A stretch of DNA of 64,000 nucleotides from Candidatus Gottesmanbacteria bacterium. Its GTDB lineage: Bacteria > Patescibacteriota > Microgenomatia > UBA10105 > UBA927. The DNA is taken from the NCBI GenBank assembly GCA_023245335.1, contig JAHFKK010000001.1, positions 936,019-1,000,018 of the forward strand, in the 5' to 3' direction. The notes under the pieces were generated by a model. It searched no databases. It worked only from the letters and a program-made list of their open reading frames with translations, and was not told the DNA's origin. This document shows positions 28,592 to 38,384 of the stretch, piece after piece. Every line of letters starts with the position of its first letter. Position 1 is the stretch's first letter. The position numbers and the translations under genes are program-made.

Positions 28592-28852
28592 TTGGAAATT
28601 ATCGTGAAGAATTGTACCATAGATCTTATGAAACTCACGATCATCGCCCACCCCAACGCCAAAAACCCCCGCGTAGAAACGGATCTTTTGGGGACACTCC
28701 ATGTCTATGTGAACGCTCCTCCTTTGGAAGGCAAAGCAAACAAGGCGGTCGTTGAGGCGCTTGCCGAGTATTATACGGTGAAGAAAAGCGCAATTACGCT
28801 CCTCTCGGGCCATAAATCCAAAAATAAACGGTTTGAGATCATGGGCATATAA
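28592..28852 (+). CDS. DUF167/YggU-family protein (UPF0235)
   Basis: LTIIAHPNAKNPRVE...LHVYVNAPPLEGKANKAVVEALAEYYTVKKSAITLLSGHKSKNKRFEI matches the YggU consensus. Confidence 0.7.
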   Translation: MEIIVKNCTIDLMKLTIIAHPNAKNPRVETDLLGTLHVYVNAPPLEGKANKAVVEALAEYYTVKKSAITLLSGHKSKNKRFEIMGI

Positions 28853-28889
28853 CGCATCGCTCCCAGCTAGCATGGGAACGATATACACG

Positions 28890-29111
28890 TTACCCTTTCA
28901 GGCTTTGGTCTTCTGCCGAGCGTTCTCGACGATGATCCCTATCATACTGTGCGCCTATTCGCCGCGCTTCCCGTACGCTCAAACCACGGGACTGGGCATT
29001 TCTCCAAATACTAAAACGTATTGCCCTGCGCATCCGTGCATCATGTAACCGTTGCTCTGCGGCTTCCATAAGACCAAGTGCTCCGTAATGAATTTGTTCT
29101 ATTAGCTTCAT
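28890..29111 (-). CDS. Hypothetical small Arg-rich protein
   Basis: Strong RBS GGAGGTG with 6-nt spacer before the MKLIEQ start; 73 aa. Confidence 0.4.
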   Translation of the reverse strand: MKLIEQIHYGALGLMEAAEQRLHDARMRRAIRFSIWRNAQSRGLSVREARRIGAQYDRDHRRERSAEDQSLKG

Positions 29112-29177
29112 ACCACTCACCTCCTTTCGTTATCGGAGCATACAAGGGAGATGTTGATATGTAAAATTTAGGGATAT

Positions 29178-29861
29178 TTGTTACTTTTATATGATTGTGT
29201 TATATTTATATTAATGATAAAAATAACTGACATAATTAAAGAAATGCTCGAGGCTGATGACGTGGCCCGAGAAGCTTTGAAGCTCAACTATCTCAACCTT
29301 TCCGCCTACGCCAAGCGGATACGTCCGAGTATCGAAGCCAAACTCTATAAACCCGTTGCCATGGGATCGATGATCGTAGCGCTCTCACGACTACAAAAGA
29401 CGTTTGAGGCGGAACCGGACTATCGCCCGGCTATACGTATAGAAACCATGTCCATACACCCCAACCTCGCCGAAATTACGTTTGAAAAAACCACCGACAC
29501 CCTGTCCGCAGCTTCCACACTAAAGGAGGCGATCACCAATACGGACGCGTTTTTTGCCGTGACCCAAGGAACGAACGAACTGACCATGATCTTTGACGCC
29601 AAACACGTCACGGAAGTACTCGCCCATTTCATGCGCAAGCCCAAAGGCCAGTATGCGGCCCTGACTGCCGTCACGGTCCGTTTCGTGGAGGCAGACTATA
29701 TAGAAGTACCCAATATGATCTTCACTCTGGTCTCCGCGCTCGCCGTCAAACGCATCAACCTCATCGAAATAGTCTCCACATTTACGGAGTTATCCTTTAT
29801 CGTGCGAAGTAAAGACGCCAACCGCACGATCGAAGCGCTATCATCGTTTTTGTCCGCTTAA
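29178..29861 (+). CDS. Hypothetical protein (ACT-like alpha/beta repeats?)
   Basis: Only long ORF here; probable start at the internal Met 29214; no signature motif. Confidence 0.45.
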   Translation: MLLLYDCVIFILMIKITDIIKEMLEADDVAREALKLNYLNLSAYAKRIRPSIEAKLYKPVAMGSMIVALSRLQKTFEAEPDYRPAIRIETMSIHPNLAEITFEKTTDTLSAASTLKEAITNTDAFFAVTQGTNELTMIFDAKHVTEVLAHFMRKPKGQYAALTAVTVRFVEADYIEVPNMIFTLVSALAVKRINLIEIVSTFTELSFIVRSKDANRTIEALSSFLSA

Positions 29862-30841
29862 CTCAACTCAAGGCTGCCGGAAGCCCGAAGTTCCGTAAGT
29901 ATTGCAAGAATCTCTTCGGGGCTATTGGTCTCCATGCAACGCACCCGCCACTCGGTTGCGCCACGGAAGCCGGAAACGTAAATCTTAAAAAATTTACGGA
30001 GTATCGGGAAATTTTTACGGTCTTTCCACACCTCATCGAATAACCGTACGTGCCGTTCCATGATATCCAGGAGTTCCTTGGGCGTCCCTACATGGGGACC
30101 CGACCGGTCGAATGCCCACATATTATTAAATATCCCTCTGCCGATCATGACGCCGTCTACGCCATATGTTTGATGTTTTGCGATCGCATCTTTCACGTCC
30201 GCAACATCGCCGTTACCGACGATGACGGTAGGAATCTTCATCCTGTCCCGAATCTTCACCACTTTGCCTATTTCATCCCAGTGGGCCGGAACTTTCGACA
30301 GTTCTGCGACGGTCCGGCCATGTACCGTAAGTGCGTCTATTCCCTGCTCCAGAAGAAAGGTCAGCCACCGTTCGGTCACGATCGCCTTATTTCCTATCCG
30401 TGCTTTGACGCTCACCGGTATCGTTTTGCCCGCGGCTTTCACTCCATCTTTCATGGCCTGAATGACCGCTTTCGCAACATCGGGAGTGTCGATGAGGGCA
30501 CCGCCGGCACCGCCCTTCATGACCGTTTTGTCCGGACAACCGGTGTTTAAGTCGACGCCAACGAAACCCATACCCGCGATTGCTTTGGTAATCTCAAATA
30601 TCGTATCCGGATTCCTGCCCCAAATCTGGGCGATAATCGGCGACTCCACATCCGTAAACAACAACTTATCCCTGACTATGTCTCTCCCCGGCGAGCAATA
30701 GCCGTCCGCACTGGTAAACTCGCTGACGAAAAGATCCGGCCTTGCGATTTCCGCGACTATACGCCGAAATACCGTATCGGCAACCCCGTCAAGCGGGGCT
30801 AGGACAGTAAATGGCCGCGGGAGTGACTGCCAGATGTTCAT
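29858..30841 (-). CDS. tRNA-dihydrouridine synthase
   Basis: FMN-binding TIM-barrel blocks AQIWGRNPD and VDLNTGCPDKTVMKGGAGGAL (catalytic Cys). Confidence 0.85.
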   Translation of the reverse strand: MNIWQSLPRPFTVLAPLDGVADTVFRRIVAEIARPDLFVSEFTSADGYCSPGRDIVRDKLLFTDVESPIIAQIWGRNPDTIFEITKAIAGMGFVGVDLNTGCPDKTVMKGGAGGALIDTPDVAKAVIQAMKDGVKAAGKTIPVSVKARIGNKAIVTERWLTFLLEQGIDALTVHGRTVAELSKVPAHWDEIGKVVKIRDRMKIPTVIVGNGDVADVKDAIAKHQTYGVDGVMIGRGIFNNMWAFDRSGPHVGTPKELLDIMERHVRLFDEVWKDRKNFPILRKFFKIYVSGFRGATEWRVRCMETNSPEEILAILTELRASGSLELS

Positions 30842-30946
30842 CGGGAAATTGTAGCACAGGAGGGAGAATCATAGAATGTGAGATATCTCGTTTACTTTTT
30901 CCTCCAAGATGAGTAACCTTATAGTAATCCTGAAAGGAATCACGCT

Positions 30947-32131
30947 ATGAAATTATTTATCCGCACCTGTATCGCCGTCCTCGCCCTTCCTCTCATCCTC
31001 GTGGCACCCGTTGCCGCACGGGGCACGAATCCCCCCAAAATCGTCATGCTCGAAAAAAATACCATCGTCAATCATGATTATTTCGCCGCAGGCGACTCTA
31101 TCACTGTCTCCGGTACCGTAAATGGCGATGCATATGTCGCGGGCGGCACGGTCACGATGAACGGGACGATCAATGGAGACTTATTTGTCGCGGGCGGCAC
31201 GGTCAACATAAGCGGCAACATATTGCATGACCTGCGGGCCGCAGGCGGCACCATCAATATAAGTGCACCTATTCCTGGAAACATCACGGTCGCCGGAGGC
31301 AATGTAAATGTCGCAAAAGATGCGCGTATCGGAGGAAGCATCCTTGCCGGTGCCGGAACTCTTGAACTTTTGAGCCCCGTCGGACGGGGCATGAACGTCG
31401 GCGCAGGTACGCTCACGATCGGCAACCGCGTCAATGGTGATGTCACCGCAGGAGCAGGCACCCTCTCAATGCTTCCCGATGCCACTGTCACGGGTAACCT
31501 CAATTATTGGAGCAAAAACGATGCGACTCTGGGGACGGGAGCCACAGTATCGGGCTTACTGGTACGTCACGAACCGCCTGCGAAGATGGAACGTAAACTC
31601 CCGGGGATGACGGCAGATAAGGGTATCGTCATGACGAAAGTATTCGCCGGCATATTCGCCGTATGGAGCGTCGTAAATTTCCTGGTCGCCTTCATCCTGG
31701 GCCTTATTATCTTTGCTGTTCTGCCGGTGTTTACCGGGAAAACGATCGACGCATTCCGGAAACAACCGCTTGCTGATTTTGGCATAGGATTACTGACGGT
31801 TATCGCGCTTCCGGTCCTTGCGATTGTCTTGTGTGTCACGATCATCGGTCTGCCGCTCGGAATTTTCCTGTTTGCGGCACTCGGATTACTCGTTGTAGTC
31901 GTGCACGTCTATATAGGACTCGCGTTGGGAACGATCATCATGGGTGGTCTCAAGATGAAATCCGGTCGGACACTCACCTACCTCGTCGGGTTAATCGTGC
32001 TTCTTATCGTATCGTTCATTCCCGTAGTGGGAGGACTCACGAAATCCATCCTGGGACTTATCGTCCTCGGCGCGCTCGTAACCCAAAAATACGAGGTCGC
32101 GAAACAGATGCGCGCAAAAAAACTGGTCTGA
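30947..32131 (+). CDS. Bactofilin-like beta-helix repeat protein with C-terminal polytopic membrane domain
   Basis: Signal peptide, then tandem approximately 18-aa repeats (GDxxVAGGTVNIxGxI...), then four or more TM helices. Confidence 0.55.
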   Translation: MKLFIRTCIAVLALPLILVAPVAARGTNPPKIVMLEKNTIVNHDYFAAGDSITVSGTVNGDAYVAGGTVTMNGTINGDLFVAGGTVNISGNILHDLRAAGGTINISAPIPGNITVAGGNVNVAKDARIGGSILAGAGTLELLSPVGRGMNVGAGTLTIGNRVNGDVTAGAGTLSMLPDATVTGNLNYWSKNDATLGTGATVSGLLVRHEPPAKMERKLPGMTADKGIVMTKVFAGIFAVWSVVNFLVAFILGLIIFAVLPVFTGKTIDAFRKQPLADFGIGLLTVIALPVLAIVLCVTIIGLPLGIFLFAALGLLVVVVHVYIGLALGTIIMGGLKMKSGRTLTYLVGLIVLLIVSFIPVVGGLTKSILGLIVLGALVTQKYEVAKQMRAKKLV

Positions 32132-32152
32132 GAAACGCACGCAGGTCGGGAA

Positions 32153-32737
32153 TTACTTTTTCTCTGCAAGAATGAGTATCCATGGAAACGGAGTCAGTAT
32201 CTTCGTGACGGTAAATCCATGTGTTGCGACGAACTCGATGAATTGCGACCGCGTCCAGTGACGCAGATGTTCTGCCGGATTTCCCCAGCGGCGCCAATTT
32301 TTACCACGGACAAAATTTGCGACCCTGAACCACGGTTCGTTCGGCACCGACAGAAGGACATATTTTTTCGACACGCGACGAAGCTCCCGAAGCGCTTTGG
32401 CGGGTTGTGTAAGGTGCTCGAGCACTTCGTTACACAAGACGAGATCATACGATGCGTCCGGAGCGTGCAGTCCGTAGATATCCCCCTTGCCGATATCCAG
32501 CGCGGGCAGCTTCGCGCACGCGATCCCCAACGCCTGTTCCGATATGTCAATGCCCGTCAAATTCGCTCTTCGGACAACTAACCTCGCAAGCGTATATCCT
32601 TCTCCGCATCCGACGTCTATAATGCGCTCGGCGTGAACGGTATCGACCAATAGTAACAACTGGCGGTAAAAATTTTCTATGAGCATCCGCTGGATGGGAT
32701 TCTTGCTCTGGTGCTTCCCGTAGTTAGTGGATGTCAT
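32153..32737 (-). CDS. Class I SAM-dependent methyltransferase
   Basis: Motif I VIDVGCGEGY and motif II LVLCNEVLEHL; start trimmed to MTSTNYGK. Confidence 0.75.
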   Translation of the reverse strand: MTSTNYGKHQSKNPIQRMLIENFYRQLLLLVDTVHAERIIDVGCGEGYTLARLVVRRANLTGIDISEQALGIACAKLPALDIGKGDIYGLHAPDASYDLVLCNEVLEHLTQPAKALRELRRVSKKYVLLSVPNEPWFRVANFVRGKNWRRWGNPAEHLRHWTRSQFIEFVATHGFTVTKILTPFPWILILAEKK

Positions 32738-32741
32738 AGTA

Positions 32742-34391
32742 TTACCGCACCACCACCGCTTTATATACACTATGAGTGTGATCCGGCGCCTGAAAGGTAT
32801 AGACCGGCTGGTCTTTGGGAAATACATCCGTATTCCCGTTGACGATAACGAGTGACCCTTTTGGAAAAAAAGCTGCTGCATGCGGCAATTTCTTCACGTC
32901 GTCGGGTATGAAGACGAAGTACAGTGAACCAAACTGATATCCGTTGAGATTCCATACCGGTATCGTATGCGCGGTATTCTGATGGAAAACAGCCGGGGTG
33001 AGCCCGGTAAGAAACGCATATTGTGTCACCCAGGGAAGCGTCCCGTCAAAAAAGACATACGAGTATGCATACTGGTGTGCTACCCCGTAGCGTATAGCAT
33101 CGTTTTGTTCCTTTGACCACCATTCGGACGCATAGACCGGATAGTCAAAAAAATATGTGAACAGGTACGATGAGATATATACCGCAATGATGACTACGGT
33201 GCCGACTTTTGTCACCAGCTTCACCACCCCCTGATACCGCGAGACTCGGTCTAAAACGACACCGAGTCCATACGCGCTAAACATAATCGGCACCGGAAGC
33301 ATCATGACACTCCTATAAATATAACTGCCGGATGATAGCCCGCCCGGCAACGGACCGATGAGGAGCCACGAAAGAAGCAAATAACGTAACCTCTTCTTTT
33401 TTGTCCATACATAGAAGAAACCAAGAAAGAATAACGGAAGCTCAAACAAGTGATATTCTCCGTGATTTCCGACCGCGCGCTGCAGGTTCCCGGACCCGTT
33501 GACGAAAAACCAGTCCAGAGAAAAGATATTGACGTAACTCGTAAGGACATGTTTATACCCGACCGTCACTTTATTATGAAACAGGCGTGAAAGCCAGCGC
33601 GGCGCAGTACTCAATAGTTGTTCTCCTCCGGCAGTCGCTGCTATCTGTTGCGGATCGAAGACGCTCGATCGCTCATAATCATGAATCACGCCAGACGCAA
33701 AAATACGATACAGGACCGTCCCAAAAATTACCCAGAATATGAATGACGTTTTCAAAACCGACCACCGAATCGGCTGTATATGCGGCCACTTATAAATCGT
33801 CAAAACGATCAAAAATGGAACCAAAAAGAGCCTGGGCGCATCATATGAATATAAAGACAGTGCAAAAAGGGCAAACGACAGTGCGTATCGCCACATATGC
33901 CGTGAGGCCGTCAAAAAATAATACGTACCCGAAAGCACCAAGACCAGAGACAGTGATTCCAAAAGTCCCTGACGCGAAATCTGTATCGCCCAGGGATTCA
34001 CCGACATAAGAAACGCGGCAATAAGGGCAATACGCGTATCCCGGGTTAGGGACTTCACAATACCAAACAACGCGAGTATCGAGACGATGCCAAGGAGTGC
34101 CGACGGCAAACGATCCACGTATGTGTGTAGTCCGAACGCGCCTACAAACGGCACGAGTATCCAGCTGAGAAGCGAAGGGAACGTTCCGCCGATATTCGTA
34201 TCCCGAAATCCAACGAGCTTCACCTGACCGGATAAGTCTTTTCCGGTTTTGAGGAGACTATACGCCGTATAACCGGTAAGCGCCTCATCCGCGTGCAGTC
34301 CCGAGGGTATCGAATCCAACTGCCACAGCCGGATGAACCCTCCCGCAATGACAATAATCCCAAGTACATACCACACGACTCGTTTGGACAT
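32742..34391 (-). CDS. GT-C fold glycosyltransferase (PMT/ArnT-like, GT83/GT39)
   Basis: Polytopic; N-terminal loop HADEALTGYTAYSL resembles the DE/HAD motif loop of PMT/ArnT enzymes. Confidence 0.7.
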   Translation of the reverse strand: MSKRVVWYVLGIIVIAGGFIRLWQLDSIPSGLHADEALTGYTAYSLLKTGKDLSGQVKLVGFRDTNIGGTFPSLLSWILVPFVGAFGLHTYVDRLPSALLGIVSILALFGIVKSLTRDTRIALIAAFLMSVNPWAIQISRQGLLESLSLVLVLSGTYYFLTASRHMWRYALSFALFALSLYSYDAPRLFLVPFLIVLTIYKWPHIQPIRWSVLKTSFIFWVIFGTVLYRIFASGVIHDYERSSVFDPQQIAATAGGEQLLSTAPRWLSRLFHNKVTVGYKHVLTSYVNIFSLDWFFVNGSGNLQRAVGNHGEYHLFELPLFFLGFFYVWTKKKRLRYLLLSWLLIGPLPGGLSSGSYIYRSVMMLPVPIMFSAYGLGVVLDRVSRYQGVVKLVTKVGTVVIIAVYISSYLFTYFFDYPVYASEWWSKEQNDAIRYGVAHQYAYSYVFFDGTLPWVTQYAFLTGLTPAVFHQNTAHTIPVWNLNGYQFGSLYFVFIPDDVKKLPHAAAFFPKGSLVIVNGNTDVFPKDQPVYTFQAPDHTHSVYKAVVVR

Positions 34392-34462
34392 GATGATCGT
34401 AATAATAACATGAAAACAACCGGATGTACTCGAAATGACCCGCATTGGGTTACGGGTTTCCT

Positions 34463-35182
34463 TTATTCATCCGGTGTCTCGCCGGTTATGGTAACGAGTG
34501 TCCCCGGGTGATCTGCGGTCGCATAGGTCGTCGTCGTCGCAGTCACGGGATCGGCCCAGTCAAAAAGTTTCCCTGCATCCTCCGGCCGGATGTTTACGCA
34601 TCCGTGACTCATCGGATGCCCAAAATTATTATGCCAATACGCCCCATGTAGACTGAAGCCGGCACTTTTCGGTACTTGGTCGTTATAGAAAAACATCGTA
34701 TACGGTACGTTATAGAGGTTGTAATATGTCCCGTCCGCCTGATCCCCGCCTTCCATATGGGTATACCGGAGCTTTATCCATATATGGAAATCTCCCGTGG
34801 GTGTCGGATGCCACCTGCCGGAAGCGATGGGAAATGACATCGCGACATTACTCCCCTCATAGGCGGTCAGTGTTTGCGTCGAAAGGTCTACATAGATATG
34901 TTTGACCGCCGTCGTTTCCCCTAAAACCCTTGAGGACTTTTGGAGATTGGTAAGCGACGATGGGAGTGCGACACGCTCTCCCATAAACGTACTCGTCTTC
35001 CCCGGCTGAAAGCTACCGGTGAGATCATTGACACAGCTAATGGAGTTGGCACAGTAGGCAGTGCCATCAACGCGGAAAAGCAGCATATAGAGCGCAACAA
35101 CCACGATGATGAATCCTGTCAGGAGAAAAGCGACAAGAATCCAGGGTATATGCGTTCGTTTGGTTCGCTTCTTTTGTTTCAT
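34463..35182 (-). CDS. L,D-transpeptidase (YkuD domain)
   Basis: N-terminal TM anchor; catalytic block HGAYWHNNFGHPMSHGCVNI (His...Cys). Confidence 0.8.
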   Translation of the reverse strand: MKQKKRTKRTHIPWILVAFLLTGFIIVVVALYMLLFRVDGTAYCANSISCVNDLTGSFQPGKTSTFMGERVALPSSLTNLQKSSRVLGETTAVKHIYVDLSTQTLTAYEGSNVAMSFPIASGRWHPTPTGDFHIWIKLRYTHMEGGDQADGTYYNLYNVPYTMFFYNDQVPKSAGFSLHGAYWHNNFGHPMSHGCVNIRPEDAGKLFDWADPVTATTTTYATADHPGTLVTITGETPDE

Positions 35183-35189
35183 AGGTCAT

Positions 35190-35813
35190 CTACCGATGGG
35201 CAAGCTCGATAAAATTTCTCCCCCACATATCAAACCAATACGAGAACCCTATCGATTTATCCGCGGCGTAGGTCATGACATGGAGAAGCGACGGATCATC
35301 CCAACCCGTTACATCACGAAGTGCTACATCCGGCAATTTTTCATGAAAAATCTGAGAAACATCAACGGCAGGTTGTCCGTCGCCGAATGCTTCTCCGTTT
35401 GACTGAAAGACCTGAACCGAGAGCCCTTGGGGAGAAGTTATTTTTACAAAAACGAATTTATTATCCGGAGACCAGCTGTTCGGAGGCAGTATGAGGTCAT
35501 CTGACACTGGCAGGACGGTTTGATACAAAACGGTGCGGTTAGCTCCTGATATATCAGACGTCGTCACCACATACGCCGATTCGGTGGCCGTCAGGGTGAC
35601 CCGCTTCATGGTAAGCTTCCTGGTCCCGTCGGGCGCGTGTACGTCCGAAAGCGTCGTCGTGACATGCGTTGACGGCACGGATACCGGGGGCGCTTGCGAT
35701 ACCGCAAGGAGCGTAAACGGCAGTGTCCTATGTTGCGTCACTGCAATTGCCACGGTGATGATAACTAAACTGCCCACTGTTATAGCAAAATCCCTTAGAG
35801 TAAAGTGATTCAT
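35190..35813 (-). CDS. Hypothetical secreted protein
   Basis: Signal peptide or TM helix, beta-rich; no motif. Confidence 0.45.
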   Translation of the reverse strand: MNHFTLRDFAITVGSLVIITVAIAVTQHRTLPFTLLAVSQAPPVSVPSTHVTTTLSDVHAPDGTRKLTMKRVTLTATESAYVVTTSDISGANRTVLYQTVLPVSDDLILPPNSWSPDNKFVFVKITSPQGLSVQVFQSNGEAFGDGQPAVDVSQIFHEKLPDVALRDVTGWDDPSLLHVMTYAADKSIGFSYWFDMWGRNFIELAHR

Positions 35814-35816
35814 AGA

Positions 35817-36326
35817 TTATGACCGCAAGCCCAATGATTTGTGGACGCGGCGTTTTTTCGTCGTGCGGCGGGCGAAATTTTTAGACATGACACTTATGTT
35901 ACCGTCGATTTCCAGGACCGCCAAATCTACATCGGCAACTTTTTCTACGCCGTGCTCCCGGACCGCAGCCTCCAGCTCTTCGTAGCTAATTTCCGCCCGG
36001 CGCAGATGATCGTCATTTACCTTTCCCTTATAAATAATAAGGAGCGCCTCGCCCTGCAAGAAACGACTGATATGTCGTGACCGAAACAGGAGGTTTTTCA
36101 AAAGCCAGTTCGCGATGAATAAACCACTCGCCGCTGCGACCCCGCCAAGAAGCGACGTATTATCCCCCACCATGGCATTTTGCACGGCGTTGGACAAAAG
36201 AAGAATAAAAACCAGATCGATGATTGATAGCTGTGCGAGTTCTTTCTTGCCGAAAAGGCGTATGGCAAGGATGATAAACAGATAAATAACGATTGAGCGA
36301 CCTATAACGGCAAGAACGTCAACCAT
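35817..36326 (-). CDS. DUF421/YetF-family membrane protein
   Basis: Three N-terminal TM helices plus a cytoplasmic domain matching YetF-like proteins. Confidence 0.7.
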   Translation of the reverse strand: MVDVLAVIGRSIVIYLFIILAIRLFGKKELAQLSIIDLVFILLLSNAVQNAMVGDNTSLLGGVAAASGLFIANWLLKNLLFRSRHISRFLQGEALLIIYKGKVNDDHLRRAEISYEELEAAVREHGVEKVADVDLAVLEIDGNISVMSKNFARRTTKKRRVHKSLGLRS

Positions 36327-36410
36327 ATGATTGATTACTTCCCTGGTATCAGGGTACCGCGTTAGGCTCCGAAAGAAAAGGGTTATCTCCCGTACATCGG
36401 TTTATCACAC

Positions 36411-36443
36411 AAAAAAAGCGGCCCTTGAGGGGCCGCCTTTTTC
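36411..36443. terminator. Bidirectional rho-independent terminator
   Basis: AAAAAAA-GCGGCCCtTgaGGGGCCGC-CTTTTTCT perfect hairpin with flanking A and T runs. Confidence 0.7.
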
Positions 36444-36457
36444 TGCGAATGATGTTT

Positions 36458-36919
36458 TTATTCCCGTCCGGACTGCAATTCCAATCCTTCGTGTAAACCC
36501 TGGTTTGCATGATTACCAAACTGTCCCCGCTCTTCCGTCTGCACATTCACGCCCTTCGAATGCTCATCCTGTTCGGATGATTCTCCCTCGTCTTCCTCTT
36601 CATCGCCGCCCCGTATAATCGAGTGCAGGAATCCGGTCGGAATCGGCGTGATGGTCGGCGTAGGACTGACCGTTACTTCCGTGGTCGGCGTAGGCGTAGG
36701 ACTAATTCCCGTCGCTGACGTAGGAGTTGGTGTCGATGTCGGACTGTCTGTCGGACTGGGTGTTATGTCGTCATTGGCGGATACCGTTGCCTGCGTATGG
36801 ACGCCGCCCAATAATTCGCTATTGTGATTAAACGCAACGATTGCCCCGAGACCTCCTAATCCGACAAACGCAGATAACAAAAGACTGGCAAGTGATACAA
36901 ACCCATTTTGTGCTTTCAT
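36458..36919 (-). CDS. Secreted Pro/Thr-rich acidic protein
   Basis: GGAGG RBS, signal peptide, (TPTPT)n low-complexity linker, acidic DEEEDEGE tail. Confidence 0.5.
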   Translation of the reverse strand: MKAQNGFVSLASLLLSAFVGLGGLGAIVAFNHNSELLGGVHTQATVSANDDITPSPTDSPTSTPTPTSATGISPTPTPTTEVTVSPTPTITPIPTGFLHSIIRGGDEEEDEGESSEQDEHSKGVNVQTEERGQFGNHANQGLHEGLELQSGRE

Positions 36920-37005
36920 ACATGCCTCCTTTAAAAGGAAAACCGCATTGTATTCGGTCTTCGTGTAAAGTAGTAACGAATGAGGAGCGTATTCGTAACA
37001 GCGGA

Positions 37006-37752
37006 TCATTCATCCCGTGATGTCTCGCCTTTTTGATCGCCGGAGCGCGGAATTTCGATCTGGATTCCCTTCACGTCCGCAGGCGGCGTGGCGGACAGAT
37101 CAACGTGTTGCAGTTCAATCGTCGGATGCGGGGTTATCTCGGGAGTCGGATGCCTATCGCCCGATTGCCTGCCTTCTTCATGATTTTTTCCATCGTCTGA
37201 CTTCGTATCAGTACCACCGTGTTGTGTAGATTGCCGGAAAGACTCCAGCGTCTTTTCTGCAGCCTTTGCATGCGTCTCCACCTCGGAAGCATCGACGCCC
37301 TTTGCTTGTTCCATGGAATGTACCGTATCGTTAAAAGACGACACGGCACGCTCGACATCTTCGCTGGTCCTGTCATCCCTACCATCCGTTACCTCCTGCA
37401 CGCGCCTATCAATAAGAATCGTTGCAACAGACGTCTTGAGCCCTGTCGTTGGCGCGAGATGGAGAGCCGCCTGTTCGCTTGCGGTTTTTATGGGATAGAG
37501 CGGGTTTCCGGGCTTACTATACTGCGCGGCATATACAACCGCGCCGCCGACAAAGACCGATGCCAGGGCAAATCCCCCAACCAAACGCGCGATATGATAC
37601 GTGAGATGTATGCGCTCAAGTATCGAAGCCCGCCTTCCGATGAATGCCGTATTCATGAGCCGTATGCGCGCATTTTCCTGAAACGTCGCCCGGGGCGCTG
37701 CCTCAGGAATAGTTTTCATCGTCCGCAATATGTCTTCTAGCGATTGTTTCAT
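37006..37752 (-). CDS. Putative anti-sigma factor (single-pass membrane protein)
   Basis: 4-nt overlap with the upstream ECF sigma gene; central TM helix; no enzymatic motif. Confidence 0.5.
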   Translation of the reverse strand: MKQSLEDILRTMKTIPEAAPRATFQENARIRLMNTAFIGRRASILERIHLTYHIARLVGGFALASVFVGGAVVYAAQYSKPGNPLYPIKTASEQAALHLAPTTGLKTSVATILIDRRVQEVTDGRDDRTSEDVERAVSSFNDTVHSMEQAKGVDASEVETHAKAAEKTLESFRQSTQHGGTDTKSDDGKNHEEGRQSGDRHPTPEITPHPTIELQHVDLSATPPADVKGIQIEIPRSGDQKGETSRDE

Positions 37753-38291
37753 ACCCGCAAAATCTCCTTAAGTTTCTGTATCGCCCGACTCTGGAGGACC
37801 CGGACATGACTCACGGGTTTTTCCAAAATCCGACTAATCTCTTCATTATCCAGCTCTTCAATAAATTTGAGGACAATAATCTCGCCGTAGGTCTCCGGCA
37901 ACTTCGGGATGGCGCTGCGGACGTCCTCCATCTGCAATGCGGTCACTGTCTGCTCCTCGGGAGATGTGCCGGGATCAGGAACATGTAATGCCTCCTCAAG
38001 CGGAACGACCGCTACCTTATGTTCCCGATAAAAATCAATAATCATATTACGCGCAATGCGGAAAACCCATGCTTCAAACGGAATTCCCCGCTCGTCAAAC
38101 TGACCGATATGCTCAAATATCCGCACGAATATCTGCTCGGTCAGATCTTCTGCATCTTCCCGGCTCGTGACACGAAAATAGACGAACCGATAGACACGTG
38201 CGACTAACGCGTCGTAGAGTTCGCCCAGAGCCGACCGATCGGCAGCCTTGCAGCGAGCGACGATATGATCGATAGTACTATCTCTCCTCAT
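37749..38291 (-). CDS. ECF-type sigma-70 family RNA polymerase sigma factor
   Basis: Region 2 (RVYRFVYFRVTSREDAEDLTEQIFVRIF) and region 4 helix-turn-helix (DNEEISRILEKPVSHVRVLQSRAIQKL). Confidence 0.8.
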   Translation of the reverse strand: MRRDSTIDHIVARCKAADRSALGELYDALVARVYRFVYFRVTSREDAEDLTEQIFVRIFEHIGQFDERGIPFEAWVFRIARNMIIDFYREHKVAVVPLEEALHVPDPGTSPEEQTVTALQMEDVRSAIPKLPETYGEIIVLKFIEELDNEEISRILEKPVSHVRVLQSRAIQKLKEILRV

Positions 38292-38384
38292 ATACTGAAA
38301 CGAGACGCAGCCGATTTCGTAACAGCATCATACCAAATTCAGCCTACTTCGGGCGATCGCCTAAGTGATACAATCACCTCACCC

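Noticed and set aside
36392-36404. DnaA-box-like TTATCACAC as part of an origin
   Set aside because: Single occurrence with one mismatch, no cluster, no dnaA/dnaN context, and it sits inside a terminator region.
37219-37740. 173-aa plus-strand ORF antisense to the anti-sigma-like gene
   Set aside because: Shadow ORF; the minus-strand gene is part of a 4-nt-overlap operon with the ECF sigma factor.
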